Source: Camelus dromedarius
Lineage: Eukaryota
NCBI RefSeq assembly: GCF_036321535.1
Contig: NC_087446.1
Location: 4,652,001-4,716,000, forward strand
DNA: 64,000 nt
Direction: 5' to 3'
The notes beneath the pieces are model-generated. The model saw only the letters and a program-made list of their open reading frames with translations, was not told the DNA's origin and searched no databases. Made by a program: the position numbers and the translations under genes. Shown here in pieces: positions 40,201 to 51,493 of the stretch. Every line of letters begins with the position of its first letter. Position 1 is the first letter of the stretch.

Positions 40201-43200
40201 GGACAGAGTGTAATGTAGACCAGGTCCTACAGGAGACAGATGGTTGGCCACAGGCTTCATTCCAGAGGCCTCTTGCTACTTGAGAAATCTGGGACAAGAC
40301 ACTTAACCTGTGATTCTGTCTCTGTCCACAACTTGGAAGTGAGAACCAGCACTGGAGACTGAAATGACACAGGGACCTGGGGGACTTGGACAGCCCTCAG
40401 AAACCGACATCTTATCCCACAACAAGGAGGCATTTGGGGTAAGTACTGTGAGAATCAGTTTTCCTGTATCCATATCCTTAAATAACATTAGTGCCCATGG
40501 CCAGGCTGGGGCAGGCAGTCTCTGGTACCGTTTGGACCAAGCCTGCACCTATGAAACCAACGTCTAGAATGATTCCTAAACCCATGACCGTCACAGCCCA
40601 GCCGTCACTCCCCACAGAGGGGGGGCCTTCAAATACCACAACTGGAAGACCTTCCCTGGCCAGTCTTTCCAAAGGAAGAAATCTCAGGACACACTTTGGC
40701 CTAAAACAAGGCCAGAAAATAACCAGGCATGTTCAGCCATGCCTTAGCTATTAAGAGAGTTTTGCCTGGAGTCCCAAAATGACTAGAGGTGTGGACATAG
40801 CAATGTCTCCTAAATCGTTGCCCGACAATCCTAGGGAGGAGGTAGGAAGGCATCAAAAACCGCACTGGCAGAAAGGGAAATGGGACACAGTGTCAGGGAT
40901 CTTTAGCTAAGACTGAGGAGGGAGGAAGCAGGTGACTGTTTTTCACTCCAGGGACATCTTCAAGCCCAGTTACTCCTCTGTCATACAGAATTTTCCCTCT
41001 GCTCCAAACTTCACAACGTTCTGAGTTTGTGGAACCCTAAGAACAGTCTGTTCTAATTTTCAGCAGGTTGCGTCTGAGTACACACGGTGGGTGACTGTGT
41101 ACTGTGGCTGGAGCCACCAGGGGGACGTGGAAAGACATTAAGGACAACAATGACAAAGTGTCCCACATTTACCAAAGGCTTACACGGGCCAGGCTCCGTG
41201 CTGAGACTTCACTGCATCATCGCATGTCATTCCAACAACAGCGCTGTGACCCTGCACTATTATTCAGCCTCGTTTTGCAGTTCAGTCTCAGAGAGGTGAA
41301 GAAATGTGTCCCAGGTGGCCCAGCTACCTCGTGTGGGGAAAGGGACTTGATTCCAGGTTTGCCTGCCAGGCAGAGGTATAAAGATTTGGGGTGGCCACTT
41401 CATCGCTCCAGGCCTCAGTTGTCCCATCTGTAAATAGGGACAATTCTGTGCCTGTTGCGGGGCCGCTCTGGGGCATGAGTGAGGCTGCAGGTAGCCTGCC
41501 TTTGTAACTCGCCCAGCAACGTGAGGACAGCGGTGCTCTTAAAGGGTGAACCGGACGGGCTTCTGAAGTGCCTGCCTGCTCCCTGCTCCGAGACACTGGG
41601 GTGTCATGTCTTCTCGCCAACAGTTGTGACCACCTAAACTGTTTCCAGACATCACCAGATGTTCCAGGGTTGGGGACACAGTCATCTCTGGTTGACAACC
41701 GCTGCCTGGGGGGAGGCTGCCAGGTGGTCTACCACAACCCAGCATCTCGTCCAGAGCTTGCAGAACAAGTACCTCAAGTTCTGTTTCTCCACTGGAGGCA
41801 GGGCTCACAATTAACCATGTGGGTCTGCAGATTAGTTGAACGTAACCGAACGGCAGCCCTGTTGGCAGCTTCTGCCCAGAGCCACGAGCTAAAAAGGACT
41901 GAGTCAGACCCAGAGAGGACTGAAACTCTCATCCCCGAAGAATAAAGCTCTACCCTAAGTAAGTAACTGACTCTTAAGCATGTGATACTTTAACCAGCCC
42001 ACTGGGCACCTATTTCGGTGCTCATGTGAAGATTACATGAACAGCTCACCTTATGGCAGCCAGATAATGATTCTACAGGAAGTTAGTTTTGCTGACCAGG
42101 GAGCCTGGAAGTGGGGCAGGGAGCGGGGGCAGCTATGGGATCTCTGTCTGAAGCCTGAGGCAAAGGGCTCTGAGTTCAGAGAGAGGTCCTCAGGTCCCAG
42201 GGTCCCAGGGTGCCTGAGCCCAGCACCACACAGGTAGGAGTTGTGCACACATGGTTCAAAAAAGGACTTACCACGCCTCTGAAGGAGGGAGGGATGAAGC
42301 CAAAGAAGAAAGGAATGAAGGACGAACAAATCAAAGCCTGTGAAGACAAGAGAGAGCGAAACCACAGTTAAGAACAGTCTGCTTTTTTTTTTTTTTTTTT
42401 AAATCCCCCTGGGCCTTTCTAAGCCGCCTCCAAGGGAGAAGGGCAAGAAGCCTGAAAATGCTCTACGCGCAGGGACGGTGCTTCAATAAGTGGTTCAGCG
42501 ACGATGAACCAAACTGCACCCTTACTGTTTCAGGCCCAAGTATGTATTATTTGACAGCGCTGTCTGCAGACTTCAGCTGCCTGTCCCTGCTGCTGCAAGG
42601 CTCACCCCGGGCCACCGCGGCAGGACCAAGAGTCCTGGACTCCCTGACTGAATGGAAAGGGGCCAGATCAGGGCTTGGCAAATACGGATCTTCAGCAGAA
42701 TCACCTGGAAAGCTTGTCGAACCAGACTCTGCGCCCCACCCCTGAGGGTCTGCCCTTCTAACAAGCTCCCAGGTGATGCAGATTCTGCCGGTCCAGGGAC
42801 CACACCTGGATCCCACCGTGCAAGAGCATCAAGCAGGTATGATGCTGATGCAGTGGGAGAAAGGACGCGTGTGGGAACATACTGGTGATGGCTGTCTAGA
42901 AAAAAGCTTCCGGAAACAAGGGTAAGTGGGAGACGACACTGGTGACTGAGAAGCTGCTGGCGCTACATGCCAGGCTGCTAGCTTGCATAGCCCTGTGTTA
43001 AGTGAAGTCATGTCCAAATAAATCTCACAAAGGCACTGGCCAAATGAAGTGGTATTTTGTTATTGCTCCCGGTCTTCTCTGGGCAAATAAGACATGCTGC
43101 TACCCTCGGGGGGCTTCACTGGAGGGGTCCTCATGAAGGAACGGGCATCGTTGGGAGGAGGGACACACATGGGAAGAGGTCCCTAGATCAAGAGGTCATG

Positions 43201-46200
43201 AGCCAAGTCTTGAAGGATGGGGAAATGTGATTTAAAACTGAAACTGTCCTGGAACACTCAGGGTTGGTATATGCTCTGGACTGCACCACGGGATGCACGT
43301 GGAGTTTGTGTCACCCTACTGCAGGAAGCAAACCGGCAACGTGGGCAACCAGGTTCTTTTGTATCTTAAGAAACGAATGAGGCAGCTGGCTGACACTAGA
43401 CAGCCCCCTCTGCGTCACTTTCACAATGAAATGGCTTTCTTACTTGACAACACCCAAATAAGCAAACTGCTTACATCTATGACTTCGTCTTTGGACTGAA
43501 AATCTGACACCAGCACATTTTCTCCATCGGACACTCTGGTGAGCGAGATGAACAGCCTGCCGGAGAGGAGCCGGTGCACGTTGTCCGGGAGGTGTCTGTG
43601 CAGACTGTCTTGGATGCACTTGATCAGATTGAAGGACGGGGGCAGGATGCTGATGTTCCGGCTCCTGGTGTGCAGGACGAGGTCCTTGAGTATCTGCAGC
43701 GTCTGGTCTGGGTGGGTGTGGGGAGGAGGAGACAAACACCCAAAGGAATGGACCACCCTGGAGATGGGCATGCTCTGTGCAAGACCGGAAACCTGAGGGC
43801 ATGAAAGCTATCAACCTTCCTCCAGGCGGAACCACCTGAGCCCGCAACCCCAGGCGGCTCCTGAGCCCGGGATGTAGCTAGTCCAAACGGAGACGGGTCG
43901 GAGACACACCGGCTTCAGTGCGTTAGCATACATACAAAAAAGTAAAAAATCTCATTAATACTGTGTTGTATTGACTAGATGTGAAAATGATACTTTGGCT
44001 CTATTGGGATAAGTGAAATTAATTTCATTTAGGTCATTTCCTTTTTCCATGTGGCTACTAGGAAATAGAAACTACCCATATTTCTATTGGTTAGCGCTGC
44101 TCTAGGCCCTGGCCACAGGAACGAGCCTCCAGAGGCCCAGGGGAGCCCCCTCCGCACCATCAAGGCCCGAAGCCAGGTGCTCACAGCATCGGAGCGTCAG
44201 TACGAGCGGGCCTAATGCTGCAAAGAGCAAGTGCCACATTGGGCGTGAGTTTGAATCCTGCCTCCATCTCTTATTAGCCGAGTGACTGAAATAAGTCACT
44301 TCACTGCCTAAGGCTCAGACGGTGTGGGTTTTTTCTTTAAACAACTTTACTGTGGTGCAATTTCTTTTTTTTTTTATTAATTGAGGTATAGTCAGTTTAC
44401 AAGGTTGTGGGTATAATTTCTGGACAGCAAACTGCACGTATTTCAGATGTACAATTTGATGAATTCTGATAGATGTACACGCCTATGAAACCACCGCCAC
44501 AATCAAGATAGCTAACATTTCCATCACTCCCCCAGAGGTGCAAATTTTGAACTCCTGATTTATCTCTTCCCACCCCCTTTACCCTCCGATAACCATGAGT
44601 CTGTTTGCTGTCTGTGAGACAGACTGTATGTTTGATGTTTCCTTACCTATTTTTGGAGACAGTGAGTATTTGATACACTACAATCGGCAGGTGCTCAACC
44701 CAAAGGCAGCACCTAATAACTAATGCCAGAACAACCAGCCTGTCTAGTGGGCCCAGGGCACTCTCACGCTCCGTCCGGCCCCACTCACCGGCCTGGTCCC
44801 CCTCCGGCTCATCAGCACTGCCCTGACATGCAGGAGTACCTGTCCCAGCTAGAGACCTGGTCACTCATAAATCCTGGGATGCAGAAGGCCAGACACATAT
44901 CAGCAGGTCCTGACCCACCTCTGCCTTCCATTCAGCTATCCCTGCACTTGTGGCCCCACTGAGCCCAGGCAGAAGGGACGATGTTTTGCACACAGATGGC
45001 TGGTTCTGCCACTCTTTCCTGCCTGGTTTAGAGGCGCTCTCAGGAGTCCTGCCCAGGTCACAGGCCCTGGGATCTGCTCCCTGGTGGTCCCCAAGTGAGA
45101 CAGGCAGTTAAAGCAGAAACCTGGGGCTCCCAGAACCTGGGGAGCCGCTCTTGCCAAAACCTCCAGACCCACTTTGCAGAGACTGGTGGTCCCGAGCCAC
45201 TCCCGGTAGGGCACAGCTCCAGGCTGCACCTGTCCTCTGCCTGGTAGCAACCCCTCTACACTGGAGTCAGTGTACATCAGGTGCTGGGGTCAGTGCATTT
45301 GAATCCAGTCCCAATTAAACATTTGATCATGTGGATGTCTCCATGTCACAACCTTGGTACATAAGGTTTGGCTTTTAAAGCCCAAGGTGTGTAGACTGGC
45401 CATGTGGCCAGTCTGATCCTCCCTAAGGTCATATTTCCTGCCCTTTGCTCTTCCCTTCCTCAATGGGGAAGGCAGCCAGGGTGGCCTCTCCTAATCTCCA
45501 CCTCTTGATCAGCCCAGGGTCTGCTCACTGATCCTATCCAATGGCAGGGCTGTGCTGATTGGCAGGGGATTCCTGACCACCAGGAACAAAGTCACTTCTG
45601 CTGGAAGTGTCCAACACAGTACTCCCTGGGTAGAGCAAAGAGTAAACTGTTAAGGAAGCCCAGATAAACAGAGGCTGATGCTAAAGGTGCATTATGTCCC
45701 GTCCCAAGGCCTTTGGGTGCCGACAGCTCCATGCTCCCACTTGCTCCAGGCCCTGCCTCCTGGCTCAGAACCCCAGGTCAAGGACGCTACATAACTCAGG
45801 CCAGCTGGCCACCAGCCCCAGTCCCCCCTCCCACAGGCACCCACACGGAGAGATGCTTCATTAGGACGAGATTCATATGCACAGGACTTCATTTCCACTG
45901 TACTGAGCAGGGCTGTGGCGGGGGAGAGGGTGGGATGGGGATGCCCAGGGATCCCCTCCAGCCCCCTAGGAAGGGTCTCAAACACCGGGAAAAGAGGTGA
46001 GGAGACAACTTTTCTACCTCTCCTCCCCGGTCCTCCCACCACAAACCACCTGTCCCGGACCCCGTTCTACTCCAAACCTGCAAGCTGCCCTCTGCCTGTG
46101 AGGCATTCAGCCCCCGGAGGGCTGGGCGGAGATCAAAAGCGCCCAGGGCGGGATGTCTCCAGTCCCTGTAGTCCCCAGCGGGAAGCGGCACCCACCCTGG

Positions 46201-46749
46201 GACACTGGATAAAGCCCCCTGCTGGTCGGACCCAGAGCAAATCTGCTTCCCTCCGAACTCCGCGTCGCGCTCCCTCGTCCCAGTCGCCCCGAGACGACCT
46301 GGAGCTCAGTCCCGGGTTGGAGGGCTTCCTTCAAGCCCGGGACCCAAAAGGAAGTTGGGGAGGGGATCCTCTCGGGGTTCCCACGCTCAGAAGAGCGGTC
46401 CACCCGGCGAGCCTCGCTGCCACGCATGGCAACGGAGCTGCCCGGAGCGAGGCGAAAGGGTGCACTGTAGGAGGCAACCGTCTGGGGAAACAGCAGCTGT
46501 ACCCGCAGCCTGTGTCCAATCCCGGCTCCACCGCGCGCCCCATCCCGCCGGCCCGGACGTACCCACTGGGATCCCGGAGAGGAAGGTGGCGCAGTGCAGC
46601 GCCCCGGCCGAGGAACCGAAAAACTTGGGCGCGTTGCGGATCAGGTGCGGGACGCGCTCGCTCAGGCAGTGGGTCACCCCGACGTGGTAGAAGCCTAGGA
46701 ACCCGCAGCCGGAGAAGGACAGGCTCCAGTCGCGCTCGAGGTCGTACAT
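31184..46749 (-). CDS. PNPLA3: PNPLA3 (patatin-like phospholipase domain-containing 3, adiponutrin), complete, 431 aa. Exons: 46563-46749, 43475-43707, 42272-42337, 39634-39843, 38339-38399, 34634-34849, 33529-33661, 32593-32697, 31184-31268.
   Basis: Exons join in frame (1296 nt). Patatin motifs present: GCGFLG loop, GSSAG nucleophile elbow (Ser47), DGG (Asp166). Position directly upstream of SAMM50 matches known mammalian synteny. Confidence 0.95.
32593..32697 (-). CDS. PNPLA3: PNPLA3 exon 8 (105 nt)
   Basis: LVMWLPHVPDDIQWLQWAASRVCSRVVAYLLPTS; acceptor cccccag, donor AG|gtaaac. Confidence 0.95.
33529..33661 (-). CDS. PNPLA3: PNPLA3 exon 7 (133 nt)
   Basis: LREAVRKQDGFISKICNSFPVRVMSYMMLPCTLPMESAIAVVQ; acceptor ttttcag, donor AG|gtgagt. 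Confidence 0.95.
34634..34849 (-). CDS. PNPLA3: PNPLA3 exon 6 (216 nt)
   Basis: ICVRPQPCLNASLGESEVPEL...GDELLDHLCLGILHWDESLLETLSPKFLI; unusual acceptor cttcggag, donor G|gtgctg. Confidence 0.85.
35090..35270 (-). mobile_element. MIR SINE fragment
   Basis: gaggactcagaagcacagagaggttaagaaattcttccaaagccacacagccagta...gattcaaatgtaggtctg. Confidence 0.7.
36452..37662 (+). repeat. Intragenic direct duplication, copy A (PNPLA3 intron 5)
   Basis: Near-identical to 40521-41726 from TCTGGTACCGTTTGG to GGCTGCCAGGTG; about 15 substitutions and 2 small indels by manual comparison. Confidence 0.97.
38339..38399 (-). CDS. PNPLA3: PNPLA3 exon 5 (61 nt)
   Basis: VLGAICLQGYLDAARFLEEN; acceptor ttcacag, donor G|gtaggt. 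Confidence 0.95.
38866..39422 (+). mobile_element. Solo LTR (ERV1-like) in PNPLA3 intron 4, antisense to the gene
   Basis: TG...CA termini, CAAGATGGCG (YY1-like) motif, TATA-like cataaaaa near 39186, AGTAAA poly(A)-like signal, U5-like ctcgctcttt..attctttcctgc. No clear target-site duplication (TSD). Confidence 0.65.
39634..39843 (-). CDS. PNPLA3: PNPLA3 exon 4 (210 nt), catalytic Asp166 (DGG)
   Basis: RYVDGGMTDILPFLDTKTTITVSPFYGESDICPKVKSTNFLHVDF...LFPPDLS; acceptor ttaacag, donor gtaaga. Confidence 0.96.
40521..41726 (+). repeat. Intragenic direct duplication, copy B (PNPLA3 intron 3)
   Basis: Same sequence as 36452-37662; the ORF track also shows paired near-identical ORFs (e.g. 36500-36685 and 40491-40754). 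Confidence 0.97.
42272..42337 (-). CDS. PNPLA3: PNPLA3 exon 3 (66 nt), contains Ile148
   Basis: ALICSSFIPFFFGFIPPSFRGV; acceptor ttcacag, donor gtaagt. Confidence 0.96.
42688..42820. mobile_element. MER5A-like hAT element remnant
   Basis: cagaatcacctggaaagctt...ttctaacaagctcccaggtgatgc...ggtccagggaccacac. Confidence 0.65.
43475..43707 (-). CDS. PNPLA3: PNPLA3 exon 2 (233 nt)
   Basis: QTLQILKDLVLHTRSRNISILPPSFNL...SLTRVSDGENVLVSDFQSKDEVID; acceptor cacccag, donor gtaagc. Confidence 0.96.
43920..44103. mobile_element. MER33/MER3-like hAT-Charlie remnant
   Basis: atgtggctactaggaaat...tatttctattggttagcgctgctcta terminus. Confidence 0.6.
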
Positions 46750-47020
46750 CGCGGCGGCGGGTCGGGGGTGCCGGGTCCCAGGGCGCAGCTGATCCGCCTC
46801 GCGCCCGCTAGCGCTCTCAGCCGGGCCTCCAAGTGCCGCGCAGGTATTCCCGGCGCGACGTCAGCCCCGCCGGCCCCGCCCACCTCGGACCACGCGGCCC
46901 AATGGGGGCCCGGGCGCAGGGGAGGGGTGGGCCTGCGCTCGGCGGACGGTAGAGAGAGGTTTTCAGAGAGTTTTCGGTAGTTCAGATGACGGTAGTGGGT
47001 GTCCCGGAGCGGAACAGCTC
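46230..47020 (-). promoter_or_regulatory. PNPLA3 CpG-island promoter and exon 1
   Basis: CpG-dense. CRE-like TGACGTCG (minus strand) at 46856-46863; two GC boxes at 46865-46880; CCAAT at 46899-46903. Confidence 0.85.
46563..46749 (-). CDS. PNPLA3: PNPLA3 exon 1 coding (187 nt)
   Basis: MYDLERDWSLSFSGCGFLGFYHVGVTHCLSERVPHLIRNAPKFFGSSAGALHCATFLSGIPV; gccgcgATG start, donor G|gtacgt. Confidence 0.97.
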
Positions 47021-48589
47021 TCTTCCTGTTCCTTTTCACCCCGTAAATCAGGGAAAAAGTAAGAGCTGCCGATTTGGGCATCTAAATAGAAGTTAATGTC
47101 TTTGCTTTGATTTCCCGCAGGTTTTTGCGTGATGTCTTCAATTCATGGCAAGTGGAGGAGATTTTTCAGTTAATGATACTGATTCGAAGTTTCCATTTCG
47201 AAGTTTCACTTCTAAGTAAAACTTGCGATAACACGCGCTGGGTGCTGGGGGGTGGGGTGGGCCATGCAGGAGGGTGGGGGTCCCGGAGGCTCAGCCCTAG
47301 ACGATTCTCGGAGCCCTTGTGGAGTGCCTAGGATTCCCTTGACCTCTGTGTCCTGCCTGGAGTTTTTCCACGGCAACGCACGCAGGGAAGTTAGGCATTT
47401 GCCCAACATTGCACAGTCAACAACCCATGTTACTTTGCCGTCATGCCCCCTGTTTCATGGACAGAGAAGCCTCCTCCCTTCTCCACCAAGGCCCACGTGG
47501 AGTGCAGAGTGCGAATTTTGGGGCCAGGCCTCCCACTCTCTGGGCCTCAGTGTCCTCATCTGTAAAATGATCGGTAGAGTTGCTGTCAGAACTCGAAGTG
47601 TCACCTATGAAGCAACTGGACACATTTATGCGCCACCCTGCCGCCCCCGACACACACAGAGCCTCCCAGGTCTGAGGCGTCCCTCACTGGGGCTAGGCCC
47701 GTGCCTGGGGGCGTGGGGAGCCAGGAGCAGGGCGGAGGCTGAGGCGGGGCTGCCTCTGGGACTTCAGATCCTCAGAGTGGGTCATCCTGTCTCCCACCTA
47801 TGGACCACAGAATGCCAGGGCGTGGGAGCTGCAGGCCCTGGTGACCACCTGGGCCAGCATCACACAGACACTTCATAGACTGAGGCCCAGAGTGAGGAAA
47901 GGCTAGTTCCTCTCTCTGTCCCCAACCACCTTGGCTTTGCTGGGGTGGGGGTGGGGGGCAGCACTCACAGGCCTGTCCCGGCTGACTACTCTCCACACCC
48001 AACTTACTCAGAGCTGAGACAGAAGTGAGACGGTCAGAAAACTGAGACTGCTGACAGCGTCAGCAGGGGCCACAATCCCTAGCCTCTTGCTCCTTACCTG
48101 GAACCTTCCTCCTGCACCTGCCAGCCCTCCTGGGTTCCATGACTACCCCTAGGACAAATGATAGGAAGGCTGTGCTCACAGGCCCCAGATGAGTCACCCT
48201 ACCATCAGCCTCTGGCATTTGTATTCTCTTCCAGTCCACAAACACATTCATGGCCAGCTGCCCAGGATATCTGTCCACCCTGGCGTGACCCAGATGTGGG
48301 CGGGAGAAGATTCGGACTGAGGAGTCACCCCCTCTTCGCGGCTGCATGTTGACAGCAAGTGGACTCTCCCTCTGTTCCCAGATGAAGAGAAGGAAGGACT
48401 GGGCAGGGGTCCCCTGGTCTGGCTCTCCCAGCCCCTTGCCCAGTGTTCCAGTGGCACAGGCTGTGGCTGGGACTGTGAGCTCTGACATAAGATGGCTGGA
48501 CCCAAATGCAGGCTTCTCCGCTCATTAGCAGAGTTAGGCCTGGCAGGCATCATTTACCTCTTAGCTCAGTTTCCTTATCTGGTCCATCG

Positions 48590-48918
48590 GGGAGAAAACC
48601 ACCACATGAAGGAAAGTAGTATTTACCCACCACGTTTCTGACACCAATTTTGTCCATATTTCCAACACCGCTTCTACAGCTTCCTTCTACCACCAACTGG
48701 TGTCCAACATTCAGTTCAGTTCTGACACTTGCTACCCAGAGTCATGAAGGGGTAGCAAGTGTCATGAAGGGCTCCATCCCACAGGACTGACCCCACTTCG
48801 GCCCCCAGTGGCAAATTGGGTCCCTAGGTACCCACTTGGCTACAACGTCGAGGGTTTCCGCAGTTTCTCTCTTATGATTTGCTAGAACAGCTCACAGTAC
48901 TCAGGAAAACTTTACTGG
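48590..48918. mobile_element. MER21-like LTR fragment
   Basis: ttctgacaccaa...ttcagttctgacact...atttgctagaacagctcacagtactcaggaaaactttac. Confidence 0.65.
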
Positions 48919-49620
48919 CCACCGAAGCACTTAGGAATTAACTGGTCAAATCTCTGTCCGATAGCCTGGGCGTAATTAAGGTTGCATGACACACGGGGTG
49001 TTACCCAGAAATAACAAGCATCCATTTTCTTGCTGCCTTTCATGTTCTAATTCGTGGCACTCGTGATACAACGTGGGGAGGATTGTCAATAGCTGTACGT
49101 GCATTGTGCAGTATTAAACAATTCGTATTGCTGTTAAGCTCCTGTATTCACAGATCTGGCCTTAACGCACGAAAACTGACACTTCTTTACTTTGGCAACT
49201 AGGTAGATATGGGACAGGAACTACAGGTTGTTTTATCTCCATAAAAATATTTAATAAGATTTTAACTGTCTGCCATATTCAATAATTTGGATTTAAAGCT
49301 TGTAAATCATTTTCGCATGTATAGAGTGTGTCCAATTCATCTCAGTTTGCCTGGGACTTTCCTGGTTTGGGTACTGAAAGGCCTACATCTTGGGGAAACT
49401 TTCTGTCCCAGACAAACTGGGACAGTTGATCAATCCCAAGATTCTTATCCTGGGTCAGGCAAATGGCAGGAGTAGGTCTGCCTGGCCCAGAAGTTTTCAA
49501 TAGGACAGTCCTGGGGTTGTTCATCTTCTTGGATGGGAAATGGCCAAACCACTGGCCAGGAGACCGATGAGAAGATGCAGAGAATGAGAGATCAGCTCAG
49601 AATAGAAACAAACCTTCAGG

Positions 49621-50226
49621 CAGTCCGTCCTTGTTGTTTACAGGTTCTGTATCTGGGAATTTTCCTGCTTGCTAAAGCGTGTTTGTAATTCCAGGTTAAT
49701 ACCCGCAGCTCCTTCTCTGTCAGTCACGGACATCTGCAGAGCAGCCAGGCAATTCTGAGTTGCCCCATACACCCGCCCCCAGCTCTGCCGTCTTGTTTCA
49801 GCTCCTGCAATAAACAAGGATCCTTCTTGTGGTTTGTCTGTTTATTTCTTTCCCATTTTGGTGCTTTTTGTTGGTGATTTTGCTGTTTCAGATGGTCCCC
49901 AAGCGTAATGCCGAGGGCCATCTGACGCTGCCATTCTTAAGAAGGCTGTACCCAGCCTTAAGGAAAAATACAAGTGTGAGATGAGCTTGGCCCAGACACG
50001 AGTAATAGTGCTGGCTGCGAGTTGAATGTTAATGAATCATAGACATTAAACAAAGTGTCTTCAAACAGAAGCACACATCACACAAGGTTCTGTATTGATC
50101 GGCTGACGAGAATGTTGTGAACAGAGGCTCGTGAGGACCCAGTCTTGTCTTTCCCCTAGGATTAGTGGTTCAAAATCCGCTAATGAAGCAGTGACCTTCT
50201 GGAACATAACTGCTGGGTAGGGACTG
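49621..50226. mobile_element. MER82-like Tigger-family DNA transposon
   Basis: Characteristic blocks tgctttttgttggtgattttgctgttt...atggtccccaagcgtaatgc and gtgtcttcaaacagaagcacacat; ends CAGTC...GACTG. Confidence 0.7.
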
Positions 50227-50644
50227 GGAGCTCTGGGGTTTGCTTCCCCCGTGGGACTGGAAATGCAGACAGCCGGCTGCTTTAGCTGTGCTGACTTAGC
50301 ACAGACTAGGATGCACTGGGGCAGGATTTGCAGTCACCTCCTCCCTGCAGTGCCAGGCGGAGTGAAGGCGGGGGCGGGCCTCCTTTACCTGGCTACCCCC
50401 AGATACCAAACCCCAGTACCTGAGGACTGAGCCTGTGGGGGTCTTTGGCTTCTCTGTCAACCGGCCAGATGCCTCAGTTGTTACTACTGCCCCGCCTGCA
50501 GAGGTCCTTCTGCCCCTACACGCCTGGCCTGACGTTTGCTGACTGCCCTGACCAGCCCAGTGTCTGCCTGACTTCACCCCTCAGCCCAGCCCTTAGCTCA
50601 GCTCCCCAGCTCTGATTGTAAATCACTTCCCCCTCACTGCCTAG

Positions 50645-51020
50645 TTGTGGTTACATATACAGAACCTAAAATTTACCATTTTAGCCATTTTAAGTGTACA
50701 GTTCAGTGGCATTAAGAACATTCACAGTGTTGTCCAATCATCACTGCTATCCATTCCAGAATTTTTTCCATCTCAAAGAACAGAACTCTGTCCCGGTTAA
50801 ACATTGACTCCCCAGTCCCTCTTTCATTCCCCAGCAACCACCATCCTACCTCCTGTCTCCATGGATCTGACTACTCTGGGGACCTCAGAGAAGTGCAGTC
50901 ACACGGTATTTGTCCTTCTGTGTGGGGCTGATTTCACTGAGCATGGTGTCCTCCAGGTGCATCCATGTTGTAGCTGGTATCACAATTTCCTTTTTAAGGC
51001 TGAATAATTGTCCATCATGT
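50645..51020 (-). mobile_element. L1MB-like LINE-1 3' fragment
   Basis: aaaatttaccattttagccattttaagtgtacagttcagtggcattaag... typical antisense L1M 3' UTR. Confidence 0.75.
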
Positions 51021-51024
51021 GTAT

Positions 51025-51493
51025 TGATAGGGTTCAGGACACATTATCCCAGAATATGGCACCTTGGCATATTGAATATTTTAAGCTGAAGGATTTTAGA
51101 AAAGGCAGGTACAGGAAGGACTTTCTAACCTTCTCCCAAAGCAGGTCATAAGACCCTCAGTTGAGAGGTGCCCTCCGTATGCCCAAGGAAAGGAGCATCC
51201 TTCTTTCCAAAGATGCAGGGACACAGAGACGTCATTAAGCTCCCCCAGTTCACTGCACTTACCTCAAACTGTCTGTTCCATCATATCTTCCCGTGACTGT
51301 CCTTTCTTCATCAAACCCAATAAAAACTCAGGTTGAACCATTTCTCCGGGTCTTCATTTCCTCACAAAGGCTCTCCTGTCATATAAAACTTAAATTATCT
51401 TCTAGGCTTCTCTTGTAAATCTGTCTTTTGTTACAGGAGTCCCGGTTAAGAATGTAAACTAGCAAAAGGAAAAGACATTTCTCTTCACTTTCA
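51025..51493 (+). mobile_element. Solo LTR (MER34/MER39-like ERV1)
   Basis: TG start, gggttcaggacac..cccagaatatggcaccttggcatattgaatattttaagctgaagga, CA end, imperfect 4-bp flanks gtat/gtct. Confidence 0.7.

Noticed and set aside
36452..41726. Duplication as a driver of circRNA back-splicing of exons 4-5, or as a composite transposon
   Set aside because: The copies are direct rather than inverted, so they cannot pair in the pre-mRNA; no terminal inverted repeats, TSD or transposase.
45915..46811. 298-aa plus-strand ORF
   Set aside because: Antisense to PNPLA3 exon 1 within a CpG island, no ATG start, and low-complexity R/G/P/S composition; expected by chance in GC-rich DNA.
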